The notes: generated by a model from the letters alone, not told the origin. Numbered from the stretch's first letter, positions 12,545-25,240 are shown. The stretch: DNA of 64,000 bases from Actinomycetes bacterium (GCA_038246545.1 JBBRVW010000018.1:6490-70489); one strand, 5' to 3'. Program-made: numbers and translations.

Positions 12545-12599
12545 AGTGGCGCGAAGTGGCTGCTTCTCGACTCGTCAAGCAGCCATGTCGCGCCACTCA
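12545..12599. terminator. bidirectional terminator hairpin between convergent genes
   Basis: 22-bp near-perfect inverted repeat GAGTGGCGCGAAGTGGCTGCTT / AAGCAGCCATGTCGCGCCACTC with an 11-nt loop, in a locally lower-GC spacer. Confidence 0.5.
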
Positions 12600-12623
12600 A
12601 CGAGGAGATGCAGCCTGTAAGCG

Positions 12624-13322
12624 TCAGGCCCAGCGGGGCGTGCGCGCCAGCAGGACGGCGAGCGCGGCCGTTCCGGCGGTGGAGGTGCGCAGCACGGTCG
12701 GCCCGAGCCGGTACGCCGCCGCCCCGGCCGCGCCGAAGACCGCAAGCTCCTCGGGGCTCAGGCCGCCCTCCGGGCCGACCACCAGCACCACCTCGCCGCT
12801 CGCGGGCGGGCCGAACGACGCGAGCGGCGCAGCGGCATCCTCGTGCAGCAGCACCCCCGCCGCAGCGCTGCTCAGCCGCTCGGCGACGGCGGCCGTCGAG
12901 GCCAGCTCGGCGACGACGGGGAACCGGGCGCGGCGGGACTGCTTCCCGGCGGCGGCGGCCGTCGTCCGCCACCGGGAGAGGGCCTTGTCGCCCCGCCCCT
13001 CGCGCCAGCGGGTGACGCAGCGGGATGCCGCCCATGGGACAACCTCGTCCACCCCGACCTCGGTCATCGTCTCGACCGCGACCTCGCCGCGGTCGCCCTT
13101 GGGCAGCGCCTGCACCACGACGAACCACGGCGAGAGCCGCGGCTCCTCGATCAGCTCGAGCACGTCGACCTCGACGGCGTCCTTCCCGGTCACCGCGGCG
13201 ACCCGGCCGGTGGCCCGCCGCCCCGCGCCGTCGACGAGCACCAGCGGCTCGCCCACGCCAAGCCGGGTCACGGTCGCGGCGTGCCGGCCCTCAGGCCCGT
13301 CGAGCCGGACCCGGCCGGGCAC
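12624..13322 (-). CDS. rsmE: 16S rRNA (uracil1498-N3)-methyltransferase RsmE
   Basis: RsmE-like sequence (LVLVVGPEGGLSPEE, TVLRTSTAG). Listed start is GTG. Upstream in-frame sequence [13 protein letters not shown] suggests the true start is a few codons upstream at a non-canonical codon. Confidence 0.75.
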   Translation of the reverse strand: MPGRVRLDGPEGRHAATVTRLGVGEPLVLVDGAGRRATGRVAAVTGKDAVEVDVLELIEEPRLSPWFVVVQALPKGDRGEVAVETMTEVGVDEVVPWAASRCVTRWREGRGDKALSRWRTTAAAAGKQSRRARFPVVAELASTAAVAERLSSAAAGVLLHEDAAAPLASFGPPASGEVVLVVGPEGGLSPEELAVFGAAGAAAYRLGPTVLRTSTAGTAALAVLLARTPRWA

Positions 13323-13357
13323 CAGCCGGTCGCCGGGGACGACGAAGACAGGCGCGC

Positions 13358-14491
13358 TCAGCGGGCGCCGTCGTTGAAGGCGTCGCGCAGCCGGCCGAAG
13401 AAGCTCGAGCGCTGGCTGGTGACGGTGCCGACGTCGGGGCCGTCCTCGCCGCGGACGGCCGCGAGCTTGCGGAGCAGCTCCTCCTGCTCGCCGTCGAGCT
13501 TGGTCGGGGTGGCCACCTCGACGTGCACGACGAGGTCCCCGCGACCCGGGGAGCGCAGGTGCGCGACGCCGAGACCGGTGAGGGTCGAGGTCGCACCGCT
13601 CTGGGTCCCCGAGCGCAGCTCGACCGGCTTCGGCCCGTCAAGCGTCTCGATGCTCACGGTCGTGCCGAGCGCCGCGGCGGTCATCGGCACCGACACGGTG
13701 CAGTGCAGGTCGTCGCCCTGCCGGCGGAACAGGGGGTGCGGCCGCTCGACGACCTCCACGAACAGGTCGCCCGTGGGCCCGCCGCCCGGGCCCGCCTCGC
13801 CCTCGGCGGTCAGCTGGATCCGGGTGCCGGTGTCGACACCGGGCGGCACCTTCACCGTGAGGGTCCGGCGGGTCCGCACCCGCCCGTCACCACCGCACTC
13901 GTGGCAGGGCTCCGGGATGACGGTCCCGAAGCCCTGGCAGGCGGAACACGGCCGGGCGGTCATGACCTGCCCCAGGAAGCTGCGGGTCACCTGCTGGACC
14001 TCGCCGCGGCCGTGGCAGACCTCGCACCTGCGCGGTGAGGTGCCCGGGGCGGTTCCTGCTCCGCGGCAGGTCGGGCAGCCGACGGCGGTCTCGACCTGGA
14101 GGTCGCGGGTGGCGCCGAAGGTCGACTCTGCCAGGTCGACCTCGATCCGGATGAGCGCGTCCTGGCCGCGACGCTGCCGCGGCCGGGGGCCACGTGCCTG
14201 CCCGGCACCGGCACCGAAGAAGGCGTCCATGATGTCGGAGAAGCCGAAGCCCGAACCGAACCCGCCACCGGTGGAGAACGGGTCGCCGCCGAGGTCGTGC
14301 AGCTCGCGCTTCTGGGGATCGGAGAGCACCTCGTAGGCGCGGGTGACCTCCTTGAAGCGCTCCTCCTCGCCCGGGTTCACGTCGGGGTGCAGCTGGCGGG
14401 CCAGCTTGCGGTAGGCCTTCTTGATCTCCTCGGGCGTGGCGTCGCGGGCGACGCCGAGGACCTCGTAGAAGTCCTCCTGGGTGGCGGCCAT
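13358..14491 (-). CDS. dnaJ: chaperone DnaJ
   Basis: J domain with HPD (LHPDVNP), Gly/Phe region and four CxxCxGxG zinc-finger repeats. Confidence 0.9.
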   Translation of the reverse strand: MAATQEDFYEVLGVARDATPEEIKKAYRKLARQLHPDVNPGEEERFKEVTRAYEVLSDPQKRELHDLGGDPFSTGGGFGSGFGFSDIMDAFFGAGAGQARGPRPRQRRGQDALIRIEVDLAESTFGATRDLQVETAVGCPTCRGAGTAPGTSPRRCEVCHGRGEVQQVTRSFLGQVMTARPCSACQGFGTVIPEPCHECGGDGRVRTRRTLTVKVPPGVDTGTRIQLTAEGEAGPGGGPTGDLFVEVVERPHPLFRRQGDDLHCTVSVPMTAAALGTTVSIETLDGPKPVELRSGTQSGATSTLTGLGVAHLRSPGRGDLVVHVEVATPTKLDGEQEELLRKLAAVRGEDGPDVGTVTSQRSSFFGRLRDAFNDGAR

Positions 14492-15516
14492 CAGCCCTGA
14501 CCCTCGCCGACTATCCGACCGACGTACCGAGCCACCGCGCGCACCGCTCCCATCGTCCCGGGGTAGTCCATCCTGGTCGGCCCGAGGACGCCGAGCTTGG
14601 CGAGCACCTCGGACTCCGTGCCGTAGCCGACGCTGACGACCGAGGTCGTCGTCAGCCCGGCATGCGGGTTCTCGTGACCGATCCGCACCTGGAGCACGGA
14701 CGGGTCGGCGGCCTCACCGAGCAGCCGGAGCAGCACCATTTGCTCCTCCAGCGCCTCGAGGACCGGACGGATCGTCTGCGGGAAGTCCGGCCCGAACCGC
14801 GCGAGGTTGGCAGTGCCACCGAGGACGACCCGCTCCTCGGGCTCCTCGACGAGGCTCTCCAGCAGCGCCGACAGCACCGCGTTGACGGCGGGGCGCTGCT
14901 CGACGGTGAACCGCTCGGTGAGGTCCTCGAGCCGGACGGCCGCGTCGGGCAGCCGGACCCCGGCCGTCGAGGCGTTGAGCTGGGCCCGCAGCTCGCCGAG
15001 CAGCGAGTCGGGCAGCTCGGCGCCGGTCTCCACGACCCGCTGCTCGACCCGGCCGGTGCTGGTGATGAGGACGAGCAGCAGGCGCGTGGTCGACAACGGC
15101 ACCAGCTCGACGTGCCGGACGCTGGACCGCGACAGCGACGGGTACTGCACCACGGCGACCTGCTGGGTCAGCGTCGCGAGCAGTCGCACCGTGCGGGTCA
15201 CGATGTCGTCGAGGTCGAGGGCGCCGTCGAGGAAGGACTGGATCGCCCGTCGCTCCGCGGTCGACAGCGGCTTCACCGTGGACAGGCGGTCGACGAACAG
15301 CCGGTAGCCCTTGTCGGTGGGGATGCGGCCCGCGCTGGTGTGCGGCTGGGCGATGTAGCCCTCGTCCTCGAGCGCGGCCATGTCGTTGCGGATCGTGGCC
15401 GGCGAGACGCCGAGGTTGTGCCGCTCGACGAGCGCCCTGGACCCGACCGGCTCCTGGGTGGACACGTAGTCCTCGACGATGGCGCGCAGGACCTCGAGCT
15501 TGCGGTCCTCGAGCAC
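14491..15516 (-). CDS. hrcA: heat-inducible transcription repressor HrcA
   Basis: [18 protein letters not shown]...GSR winged-helix N-terminus. GTG at 15516. Stop overlaps dnaJ start. Confidence 0.9.
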   Translation of the reverse strand: MLEDRKLEVLRAIVEDYVSTQEPVGSRALVERHNLGVSPATIRNDMAALEDEGYIAQPHTSAGRIPTDKGYRLFVDRLSTVKPLSTAERRAIQSFLDGALDLDDIVTRTVRLLATLTQQVAVVQYPSLSRSSVRHVELVPLSTTRLLLVLITSTGRVEQRVVETGAELPDSLLGELRAQLNASTAGVRLPDAAVRLEDLTERFTVEQRPAVNAVLSALLESLVEEPEERVVLGGTANLARFGPDFPQTIRPVLEALEEQMVLLRLLGEAADPSVLQVRIGHENPHAGLTTTSVVSVGYGTESEVLAKLGVLGPTRMDYPGTMGAVRAVARYVGRIVGEGQG

Positions 15517-15560
15517 GTGCGCACCTCCCGCATCCGGTCCGGCCTCTGTCGTCCCACAGG

Positions 15561-15587
15561 CTGGCACTCCCCGCGGCAGAGTGCCAG
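15561..15587. promoter_or_regulatory. CIRCE operator (HrcA binding site)
   Basis: CTGGCACTC-N9-GAGTGCCAG perfect inverted repeat matching the CIRCE consensus TTAGCACTC-N9-GAGTGCTAA. Lies 45 nt upstream of the hrcA start in the divergent promoter region. Confidence 0.6.
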
Positions 15588-15708
15588 TGTACGACGGCCG
15601 CAACCGGCGCGGGCTGCCGCGACGCACCGCCCGCACCCCGGGACCGTCCGGTGCCGGACGGCGCGTCCGCTGGCGCAGGGCGACCAGGTGCCGACAGGCT
15701 GGCTCTCG

Positions 15709-16542
15709 ATGGACCGCTACCGCACGGACGTGCTCGCCCAGGGCTGGCGTCCGGCCCGACGCCCGGTGCCTACGGTCGAGGCCGGGCCCGGCCTCGTCGT
15801 CGAGGACGTCGAGACCGGGTTCTGCGGCGCGGTCGTCCGCTGCGAGAAGACCGCCGCGGGGCTGACCGTCACCCTCGAGGACCGGCACGGCAAGCATCGC
15901 GTCTTCCCGCTCGGCCCCGGCTTCCTCGTCGACGGCGCAGCGGTGCGGCTGGTCCGCCCCCGTGCACCCGGAGCGCCGGCCGGGCCGCGTCGTACCGCCT
16001 CCGGGTCGGTCGCCGTCGCCGGTCAGCGGGCCCGCGTCGCGCGGCAGAGCCGCATCTACGTCGAGGGCAAGCACGATGCCGAGCTGGTCGAGAAGGTGTG
16101 GGGCGACGACCTGCGCATCGAGGGCGTGGTCGTCGAGCATCTCGGCGGCATCGACGACCTCCCCGCGGTGGTCCGCGGCTTCGGACCCGGTCGCGACCGC
16201 CGGCTCGGCGTACTGGTCGACCACCTGGTCCCCGGCAGCAAGGAGTCCCGGCTCGCGGCGCAGGTGGTCTCGCCGCACGTCCGGGTCCTGGGCCACCCCT
16301 ACGTCGACGTGTGGCAGGCCGTGCGGCCCGCCGCCCTGGGCATCGACGCCTGGCCCGAGGTTCCCCGCGGGACGCCGTGGAAGGAGGGCGTGTGCGCCGG
16401 CCTCGGCTGGCCGGTGGACCCCCCGGCTGCCTGGCGCCGGATCCTCGGCGCCGTGACGGGCTACGCCGACCTCGAGCCAAGCCTGCTCGGCCGGGTCGAG
16501 GAGCTCATCGACTTCGTCTCCGACGTGGTCGACCACCCCTAG
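15709..16542 (+). CDS. DUF3097-like conserved actinobacterial protein
   Basis: 278-aa ORF from an ATG inside the long artefactual ORF 14662..16542. Divergent from hrcA, as in many actinobacteria. Confidence 0.6.
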   Translation: MDRYRTDVLAQGWRPARRPVPTVEAGPGLVVEDVETGFCGAVVRCEKTAAGLTVTLEDRHGKHRVFPLGPGFLVDGAAVRLVRPRAPGAPAGPRRTASGSVAVAGQRARVARQSRIYVEGKHDAELVEKVWGDDLRIEGVVVEHLGGIDDLPAVVRGFGPGRDRRLGVLVDHLVPGSKESRLAAQVVSPHVRVLGHPYVDVWQAVRPAALGIDAWPEVPRGTPWKEGVCAGLGWPVDPPAAWRRILGAVTGYADLEPSLLGRVEELIDFVSDVVDHP

Positions 16543-16582
16543 CCCGTCGAGCCGACGCGCCCCCAGCGAGAGGAACCCTGCC

Positions 16583-17461
16583 ATGACGACTCCCCCGCCC
16601 GAACCGCCCGGCGGAGCCGGCGGCGACCCGTTCGCCGCACCCACGCCGCCTGGCAGCGATCCCTACCGGCTGCCGGTCGACCCGCCGACCACGCCGCCGA
16701 CCCCACCGCCACCGACCCCACCGCCCGGCCCGGCAGCGCCGGGGTACGGCTACGGCCAGCAGCCGGCGTACGGCCAGCCGACCTACCCCGGCGGTGGCGC
16801 CGCATACGGCCAGCAGCCGCCAGGGCTCGGCGACGCGCTGACCTACGGGTGGGAGAAGTTCAAGGCCAACCTCGGTCCGATCCTCACGGCCGTGGTGATC
16901 TACGTGGTGGGCGCGATCATCGTGTTCGGGATCCTCTACGCGACCATCTTCGCCGCTGCTCGCGGCGGCGACGCGGGCTTCGTCGGTGCGCTCTTCGTGT
17001 TCGCCCTGATGACCGTCGCGCTCGTGCTGCTGATCTTCCTCGTCCAGGCGGGACTGATCCGCGGCGCACTGGCCATCACACGGGGCGAGACACCCACGAC
17101 CCAGCACTTCTTCACGACCGACCACCTGGGACCGGTCGTCGCGGCCTCGCTGCTCATCGCGCTCGCGTCGGGGGTGGGCACGATCCTCTGCTACATCCCG
17201 GGCGTCATCGTCAGCTACCTGACGCAGTACGCGCTGTTCTTCGTCATCGACAAAGACATGGGCGCGATCGACGCGATCCGCGCCAGCGTGCAGTTCACGA
17301 TCGCGCACCCCGGCACGCTGATCGTCTTCGCCGTCGTGAGCGTCGTCATCCTCACCGTGGCCTCGATCGCGTGCCTGCTGCCGCTCCTGGTGGCCTTCCC
17401 CGTCGTCCTCATCGCGCAGGCCTACCTCTACAAGCGGCTGCAGGACGAGCCGGTCGCCTGA
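16583..17461 (+). CDS. integral membrane protein with Pro/Gly/Tyr/Gln-rich N-terminal low-complexity region
   Basis: N-terminal [48 protein letters not shown] followed by about 5 predicted TM helices. Confidence 0.55.
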   Translation: MTTPPPEPPGGAGGDPFAAPTPPGSDPYRLPVDPPTTPPTPPPPTPPPGPAAPGYGYGQQPAYGQPTYPGGGAAYGQQPPGLGDALTYGWEKFKANLGPILTAVVIYVVGAIIVFGILYATIFAAARGGDAGFVGALFVFALMTVALVLLIFLVQAGLIRGALAITRGETPTTQHFFTTDHLGPVVAASLLIALASGVGTILCYIPGVIVSYLTQYALFFVIDKDMGAIDAIRASVQFTIAHPGTLIVFAVVSVVILTVASIACLLPLLVAFPVVLIAQAYLYKRLQDEPVA

Positions 17462-17468
17462 CCGGACA

Positions 17469-18689
17469 TCAGGCCAGCAGGTCGCGCACCACCGCGTCGG
17501 CGAGCAGCCGGCCGCGCAGCGTCAGGGCTGCGCGGCCGTCCTCGTGCGCGGCCGACTCGAGCCGCCCGTCGTCGACCGCGCGCCGGGCGCCGTCACGTCC
17601 GGCCGCGCTGAGCTCCGCCAACGGCAGGCCCTCGCGCAGCCGGACGGCCAGCAGCGCCCGCTCGTCCCGGCGCTGCTCGGGGGTGAGCACCTCGCGGGCC
17701 TGCGCGGGGCTGGCGCCTGCCGCGAGCCGACCGGCGTACGCCGTGGGGTGCCGCACGTTCCACCAGCGCGTGCCGCCCACGTGGCTGTGCGCTCCGGGTC
17801 CGACACCCCACCAGTCGTGGCCCTGCCAGTAGCCCACGTTGTGCCGGGCGCGCTGGTGGTCGCCGCGTGACCAGTTGCTCACCTCGTACCAGTCGTAGCC
17901 GGCCGCGGCGAGCACCTCGTCGGCGAGCAGGTAACGGTCGGCGAGCTCGTCGTCGTCCGGTGCGGGGATCTCGCACCGACGGACCTGCCCGGCCATCCGG
18001 GTCCCGTCCTCGACCACCAGCGCGTAGGCGCTGACGTGGTCGGGCGACATGGCCAGCACCGCATCGAGGCTGCGCCGCCAGTCGTCCTGCGACTCTCCGG
18101 GAGTGCCGTAGATGAGGTCGAGGCTCACCCCCTCGAAGCCTGCGGTCCGCGCCCAGGCCACAGCCTGCGGCACCCGCTCGGGGTCGTGGGTGCGGTTCAG
18201 GGTCGCGAGGACGTGCGGCACTGCCGACTGCATGCCGAAGGAGATGCGGGTGAACCCCGCGGCGCGCAGCGCCGCGAGCGACGCCTCGTCGACGCTGTCC
18301 GGGTTCGCCTCCGTGGTGACCTCCGCATCGGCACACAGCCCCAGCTCGTCCCGCACCACTCCGAGCAGCCGCCCGAGGTCGCGGGGGTCGAGCACCGTCG
18401 GGGTGCCGCCGCCGAAGAAGACGGTCGCGGCCGACACGTCGGCGTCGCCGAGCACGCGCCGGGCGAGCCGCACCTCGGCCGCCGCCGTCGACGCGTAGGA
18501 CGACTGCGACGCGCCGCCGCCGAGCTCGACTGCGGTGTAGGTGTTGAAGTCGCAGTACCCGCAGCGGGTCGCGCAGAACGGGACGTGCAGGTAGACCCCG
18601 AACGGCCGGACGCCGAGTCCGGCCAGCGCGGCAGGCGGCAGTGCCCCGTCCGTCGGCACCGGCTCGCCGTCCGGCAGCGCGGAGGGCAT
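17469..18689 (-). CDS. hemW: radical SAM heme chaperone HemW (coproporphyrinogen III oxidase-like)
   Basis: CATRCGYCDF radical-SAM cysteine triad near the N-terminus, HemN-like C-terminus. Confidence 0.85.
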   Translation of the reverse strand: MPSALPDGEPVPTDGALPPAALAGLGVRPFGVYLHVPFCATRCGYCDFNTYTAVELGGGASQSSYASTAAAEVRLARRVLGDADVSAATVFFGGGTPTVLDPRDLGRLLGVVRDELGLCADAEVTTEANPDSVDEASLAALRAAGFTRISFGMQSAVPHVLATLNRTHDPERVPQAVAWARTAGFEGVSLDLIYGTPGESQDDWRRSLDAVLAMSPDHVSAYALVVEDGTRMAGQVRRCEIPAPDDDELADRYLLADEVLAAAGYDWYEVSNWSRGDHQRARHNVGYWQGHDWWGVGPGAHSHVGGTRWWNVRHPTAYAGRLAAGASPAQAREVLTPEQRRDERALLAVRLREGLPLAELSAAGRDGARRAVDDGRLESAAHEDGRAALTLRGRLLADAVVRDLLA

Positions 18690-18710
18690 CAGCGCACCCT
18701 CAGGTCGACG

Positions 18711-20537
18711 TCACGACGACGGGTACATCTCGGTGATGAGCACCGCGTGCCGCTCGGCGACCGCCTTGCGCCGCACCTTGAGGCTCGGCGTCAGCTCGCC
18801 GTCCTCGATGGTGAGGTCGTGGTCGAGGATCCGGAAGGCCTTCACGGTCTCCCAGCGGTTGAGCCGCGTGTTCATGGCGTCGACGGCGGCCGACACCTCG
18901 GCGCGCACGTCGTCACGCTGGCTGAGCTCGCCATAGCTGCCCCTGGCACCGTGGTGCTGCGCCCACTGGGTGAGCGCGTCCTCGTCGAGGGTGATGAGCG
19001 CCGCGCAGTAGCTGTGCCCGTCGCCGAGCACGACGATCTGGCTGGCCAAGGCGCACGAGCCCTTGAAGAGGATCTCGACGGCCTGCGGCGCGACGTACTT
19101 GCCGTTGGAGGTCTTGATGAGGTCCTTCTTGCGGTCGGTGATCCGCAGGAAGCCGTCGGCGTCGAGCTCTCCGATGTCGCCGGTGCGGAACCAGCCCTCG
19201 CTGTCGAGCGCCTCGGCCGACTGCTCGGGCAGGCCGTGGTAGCCGGACATGACACCGGGGCCGCGGAGCAGCACCTCGCCGTCGTCGGCGATGCGCACGT
19301 CGGTGCCCGGGAAAGGCAGCCCGACGGTGCCGAACTTGAAGCGCTCGGGCCGGTTGACGAAGGTCCCGGCGCTGGTCTCGGTGAGGCCGTAGCCCTCGAG
19401 GACCACGATGCCGGCCGCGTGGAAGAACTCCGCGACGTCCTGGGACAGGGCTGCGCTGCCCGAGACGAGGAACCGCAGCCTGCCGCCGAAGCGCTGGCGC
19501 AGCTTGCTGAAGACCAACTTGTCGGCGACCGCGTGCTGCGCCGCGAGCAGCGGGCCCGGTGTCCGGCCGTCGCGCTGCAGCCGGCCGACCTGCCGTCCGA
19601 CCCCCATCGCCCAGGTGAAGATCCGCAGCCGCAGGCCGCCTTCCTCCTGGGCCATCGTGACGACCCGGCCGCGTACCTTCTCGAAGATGCGCGGCGCGGC
19701 GGCCATGAACGTCGGCGAGACCACGGCGAGGTTGTCGATGATCCGGTCCACCCGTCCGTCGACGGCAGCCGAGGACCCGGTGGCGACCTGCGCCGCGAGC
19801 AGCACCTTGCCGAAGGCGTGCGACAGGGGCAGCCAGAGGTACTGCACGTCCTCGGAGCTGAGCAGCCCCTCGCTGTCGACCGCGACGCCCACGTAGACCC
19901 AGCAGTCGTTGCTCAGCCGGACGCCCTTCGGGCGTCCCGTGGTCCCGCTGGTGTAGATGAGCGTCGCCAGGTGCTCCGGCCTGATGGCGTCGACCGTGCG
20001 GTCCACGAGGTCCGGCTCGCTGGCCAGCCGCGCTGCTCCGCGTCGGGCGAGCTCGTCCAGGTCGATCACCCAGTCGCCGTCGGGGGTTCCGTCGAAGGTG
20101 ACCACGGTGCGCAGGGCCGGCAGCTCGTGCCGGTGCTCGCGCAGCTTGGCGAGCTGGGCGTCGTCCTCGGCGAACGCGAGCACAGCGCCGGAGTCCGCGA
20201 CGATGTACGCCACGTCGTCGGGGTTGCTGGTCGGGTAGACGGTCGTGGTGGCCGCCCCGGAGCACATGATCGCGAAGTCGGCGAGCACCCAGTCGACCCG
20301 GGTAGTGGCGATGAGGGCGACCCGCTCCTCCGGTTGCACCCCGAGGTCGAGCAGCCCCGCCGCGAGCGCCGCGACCCGGTCCCCTGCCTCCCGCCAGGAC
20401 ATCGACGCCCAGCCGTCCCCCACCGGGCTGCGGTAGGCCTCCCGCTCCGGGGTGGTGGCCACCCGGTCGAGGAACATCCGCCCTACCGACGGCGGTCGTG
20501 GCTGGGTCGTCGGCCGGTCGTCGACTGCGGAGCTCAT
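18711..20537 (-). CDS. long-chain-fatty-acid--CoA ligase (AMP-dependent synthetase/ligase)
   Basis: AMP-binding signature YTSGTTGRPKGV and a FACL-type C-terminus. Confidence 0.8.
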   Translation of the reverse strand: MSSAVDDRPTTQPRPPSVGRMFLDRVATTPEREAYRSPVGDGWASMSWREAGDRVAALAAGLLDLGVQPEERVALIATTRVDWVLADFAIMCSGAATTTVYPTSNPDDVAYIVADSGAVLAFAEDDAQLAKLREHRHELPALRTVVTFDGTPDGDWVIDLDELARRGAARLASEPDLVDRTVDAIRPEHLATLIYTSGTTGRPKGVRLSNDCWVYVGVAVDSEGLLSSEDVQYLWLPLSHAFGKVLLAAQVATGSSAAVDGRVDRIIDNLAVVSPTFMAAAPRIFEKVRGRVVTMAQEEGGLRLRIFTWAMGVGRQVGRLQRDGRTPGPLLAAQHAVADKLVFSKLRQRFGGRLRFLVSGSAALSQDVAEFFHAAGIVVLEGYGLTETSAGTFVNRPERFKFGTVGLPFPGTDVRIADDGEVLLRGPGVMSGYHGLPEQSAEALDSEGWFRTGDIGELDADGFLRITDRKKDLIKTSNGKYVAPQAVEILFKGSCALASQIVVLGDGHSYCAALITLDEDALTQWAQHHGARGSYGELSQRDDVRAEVSAAVDAMNTRLNRWETVKAFRILDHDLTIEDGELTPSLKVRRKAVAERHAVLITEMYPSS

Positions 20538-20592
20538 GCCCCGAAACTAACGCGTCGCCAGACGGTCGGCGCAAAGCTCGGCGGGCGGCACG

Positions 20593-21258
20593 TCACCGGT
20601 CCCGGGCGGCCAGGTCGCGGCGGACGGCGTGCTCGAGGTCGGCGGCGAGGCCGGCCTGCTCGGCGAGCAGCCGTCGCAGCCGGCCCGCGTCGGTGTGCCG
20701 CAGGTGGAAGACGTCGCCGACCGTCACGCCGTGTGCCGGCAGGTCGACGACGCTGACGGCGTCGCGGGCACCGACGGTGCCCGGGGCGACGACACGGAGG
20801 TAGGCGCCGCTGGCGCCGTGCTCGGTGAACCGCTTGACCCAGTGCGGCTCGTCCATGAAGCCCTGGAAGGTGGCGCACGGGATCCGCGGTGAGGTGACCT
20901 CCAGGACGAGCCCGTCGTCGCCGACCTGCCAGCGTTCGCCGATGACGGCACCGGTGACCGCCAGGCCGGCCGTGTCGAGGTTCTGGCCGAAGGAGCCGGG
21001 CGCCAGCTCGCGGCCGAGCTCGGCCGCCCACCAGGCACGGTCGTCGTCGGCGTAGGCGTAGACCGCCTGGTCGGGGCCGCCGTGGTGCCGGCTGTCGAAG
21101 ATCTGGTCGCCGGCGAGCCCGACGCCCCCGTCGGCCGGTGCGGTCACCGGCACGCGTACCTCGACGGGCCGCTTGTCGATGGCGGTCTGGTCGAGGTCGC
21201 CGCGACGGTCCGGCACCAGTGCGTGGACGACGTTGACGGACGTGATGCGGGCGGGCAC
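20593..21258 (-). CDS. MOSC domain protein
   Basis: MOSC beta-barrel pattern with conserved Cys (SPRIPCATF). GTG at 21258 is the preferred start; the ORF could extend to 21300. Confidence 0.65.
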   Translation of the reverse strand: MPARITSVNVVHALVPDRRGDLDQTAIDKRPVEVRVPVTAPADGGVGLAGDQIFDSRHHGGPDQAVYAYADDDRAWWAAELGRELAPGSFGQNLDTAGLAVTGAVIGERWQVGDDGLVLEVTSPRIPCATFQGFMDEPHWVKRFTEHGASGAYLRVVAPGTVGARDAVSVVDLPAHGVTVGDVFHLRHTDAGRLRRLLAEQAGLAADLEHAVRRDLAARDR

Positions 21259-21296
21259 GAGCCCCGACGCTAGCGGCAGCTCCGACGGGCCGCGCG

Positions 21297-23204
<1,908 letters not shown>

Positions 23205-23267
23205 CCTCCCACGCGGCCAGCCGTTACTGGCGCGCGCCGATGGCGGCCCGGCGGCGATGATGGCGCG

Positions 23268-24203
23268 ATGCAGCAGAAGCGGCCCGCGGCCGCCGGCACG
23301 CGCATCGCGTGGGCCGACGTCCCCGACCACGTGCGGGGCGACGTCGAGGCGGGCCTGGGCTCGCCGGTCGTGTCCGCCCGCACCCAGCACGGCGGGTTCT
23401 CCCCCGGAGCGGCGGTGCGCCTCGTGTGCGCCGACGGCACGCGGGCGTTCGTCAAGGCCTGCGGGTCCGGGCTGAACCCGGACACCCCGGACCTGCTCCG
23501 CGCCGAGATCGACGCGCTGGCACTCCTGCCGTCGTCGGTCCCGCATGCCCGGCTGCTCGCGTCGTACGACGACGGCGCCTGGGTGGCACTGACCCTCGAG
23601 GACGTCGAGGGCCGGCACCCCGCGATCCCGTGGACCGGGCGCGACCTGGCGCCGACGCTCGCCGCGCTCGAGCGCACCGGGCGGACCCGAGCACCGAAGC
23701 GGCTGCCGGCCTTCGCCGACGTGGCTCAGCTGCTCACTGCCTGGGACGAGGTGGCGGCCGACCCCGTGGCCGTGCCCGACGAGCTGGTCGACCGGCTGCC
23801 GCAGCTGCTCGACCTGCAGAGGACTGCCCTGCAGGTCACCGCCGGTGACCGGCTGGTGCACTGGGACGCCCGCGCCGACAACATCCTGCTGCGCGACGGC
23901 AAGGCGGTGCTGCTCGACTGGGCCTGGGCCTGCAGGGGCGCCGGCTGGCTGGACACCCTGCTGCTCGCCATGGACCTCCGGGTCCAGGGCGGCCCGGACC
24001 CCGACGAGGTGCTCGGATCCTCGCCGGTGACCCGCGACGTGCCGCCGGGGCACCTGGCCGCGGTGGTCGCGTGCATGGTCGGATTCTGGTTCGAGCGGGC
24101 CCGCCACCCCGCGCCGCCGGGGCTGCCGACGATCCGCGCCTGGCAGCAGCACTGCGCCGCTGCCGCCCACGACTGGCTGGACCGGGGTGCGCTGTGGTCG
24201 TGA
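23268..24203 (+). CDS. aminoglycoside/choline-kinase-like phosphotransferase (APH family), paralog A
   Basis: Brenner motif region [12 protein letters not shown] and DWAWAC(R)G. ATG at 23268 lies within the artefactual ORF 22461..24203. Confidence 0.65.
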   Translation: MQQKRPAAAGTRIAWADVPDHVRGDVEAGLGSPVVSARTQHGGFSPGAAVRLVCADGTRAFVKACGSGLNPDTPDLLRAEIDALALLPSSVPHARLLASYDDGAWVALTLEDVEGRHPAIPWTGRDLAPTLAALERTGRTRAPKRLPAFADVAQLLTAWDEVAADPVAVPDELVDRLPQLLDLQRTALQVTAGDRLVHWDARADNILLRDGKAVLLDWAWACRGAGWLDTLLLAMDLRVQGGPDPDEVLGSSPVTRDVPPGHLAAVVACMVGFWFERARHPAPPGLPTIRAWQQHCAAAAHDWLDRGALWS

Positions 24204-25171
24204 CCGCGCGGCCGCCGTACGACCGGACGGCAGTCCGACCGGCGTGGGCCGAGCTGCCCGCGGAGGTGCGCGACCTGGTCGCGGACCAGGCCGGGTCGGC
24301 CGTGGTGCGCGCCGACGTCGCCGGCGGTGGGTTCACCCGGGGGTTCGCCGGCCTGCTCGGGCTGGCCGACGGTACCGAGCTGTTCGTCAAGGCTGCTTCG
24401 GAGGAGGAGCGGCCGGTCGCGCACCGGTCGTACCGGACCGAGGCCGACGTGCTGCGGGTGCTGCCGGGTGCCGTGCCGGCGCCGAGGCTCCGGTGGACCG
24501 ACGAGGTCGGTCCTTGGGTGGTGCTGGGTATCGAGCCGGTGCGCGGCCGCATGCCGGGGCTGCCCTGGACCGACGTGGACGTCGACCGCGCCGTCGCGAC
24601 CTGCGAGCAGCTGGCCGACGCGCTGCACCCGGCCCCGCCGGGCCTGGCGCTGGACCGGCTCGCCGACGAGAGCGAGGGAGACGGCGCGTGGCTGCGCTGG
24701 TACGCCAGCGTCGCAAGCGGCGAGCTGGTCAGCGACCTGCTGTCTCCGTGGGCACAGCGTTCCCTGCCCGAGCTGCATCGGCTGCTGTCGGTGTCAGGAG
24801 CAGCGGTCGACGGCGACACCGCCTGCCACGGCGACCTGCGGGCCGACAACATGCTGCTCGGTCCGGCCGGCCAGGTCTGGGTCTGCGACTGGAACTGGCT
24901 GCTGCTCGCCGCCCCGTGGACCGACGCCGTGGGGCTGCTGGTGACTGCCCACGCCGACGGCGTCGACGTCGACGCCGCGCTGGCCCGGTCGATGCTGCTC
25001 GACGGCGTCGACCCGGAGGCAGTCGACGCGTGGCTGGCGCTGCTGGCGGCGTTCATGTGCGGTCAGGCGGCTGCTCCGCCACCCGACTTCGCCTCGTCCT
25101 GGCTGGCGGCGCACCGGGCCTATTACGGCACCGCCGCCCTCTCCTGGCTGGAGCACCGCCGCACCCGCTGA
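24194..25171 (+). CDS. APH-family phosphotransferase, paralog B
   Basis: [12 protein letters not shown]...VCDWNW catalytic motifs. GTG start overlaps the paralog A stop. The two proteins are clearly homologous. Confidence 0.65.
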   Translation: MVVTARPPYDRTAVRPAWAELPAEVRDLVADQAGSAVVRADVAGGGFTRGFAGLLGLADGTELFVKAASEEERPVAHRSYRTEADVLRVLPGAVPAPRLRWTDEVGPWVVLGIEPVRGRMPGLPWTDVDVDRAVATCEQLADALHPAPPGLALDRLADESEGDGAWLRWYASVASGELVSDLLSPWAQRSLPELHRLLSVSGAAVDGDTACHGDLRADNMLLGPAGQVWVCDWNWLLLAAPWTDAVGLLVTAHADGVDVDAALARSMLLDGVDPEAVDAWLALLAAFMCGQAAAPPPDFASSWLAAHRAYYGTAALSWLEHRRTR

Positions 25172-25190
25172 GCGGCCCGGACGCGGGGAA

Positions 25191-25217
25191 GCCCCGCCGG
25201 ACGGTGTCCGGCGGGGC
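25191..25217. terminator. bidirectional terminator hairpin between convergent APH-B and M6 protease A
   Basis: GCCCCGCCGGA-CGGTG-TCCGGCGGGGC, 11-bp perfect inverted repeat. Confidence 0.5.
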
Positions 25218-25240
25218 CTCCTCGGTATTGCGTCAGGCAC

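Noticed and set aside
14662-15708. 5' two-thirds of the long plus ORF 14662..16542
   Set aside because: It overlaps hrcA on the opposite strand. Only the 3' part from ATG 15709 (DUF3097-like) is plausible coding sequence.
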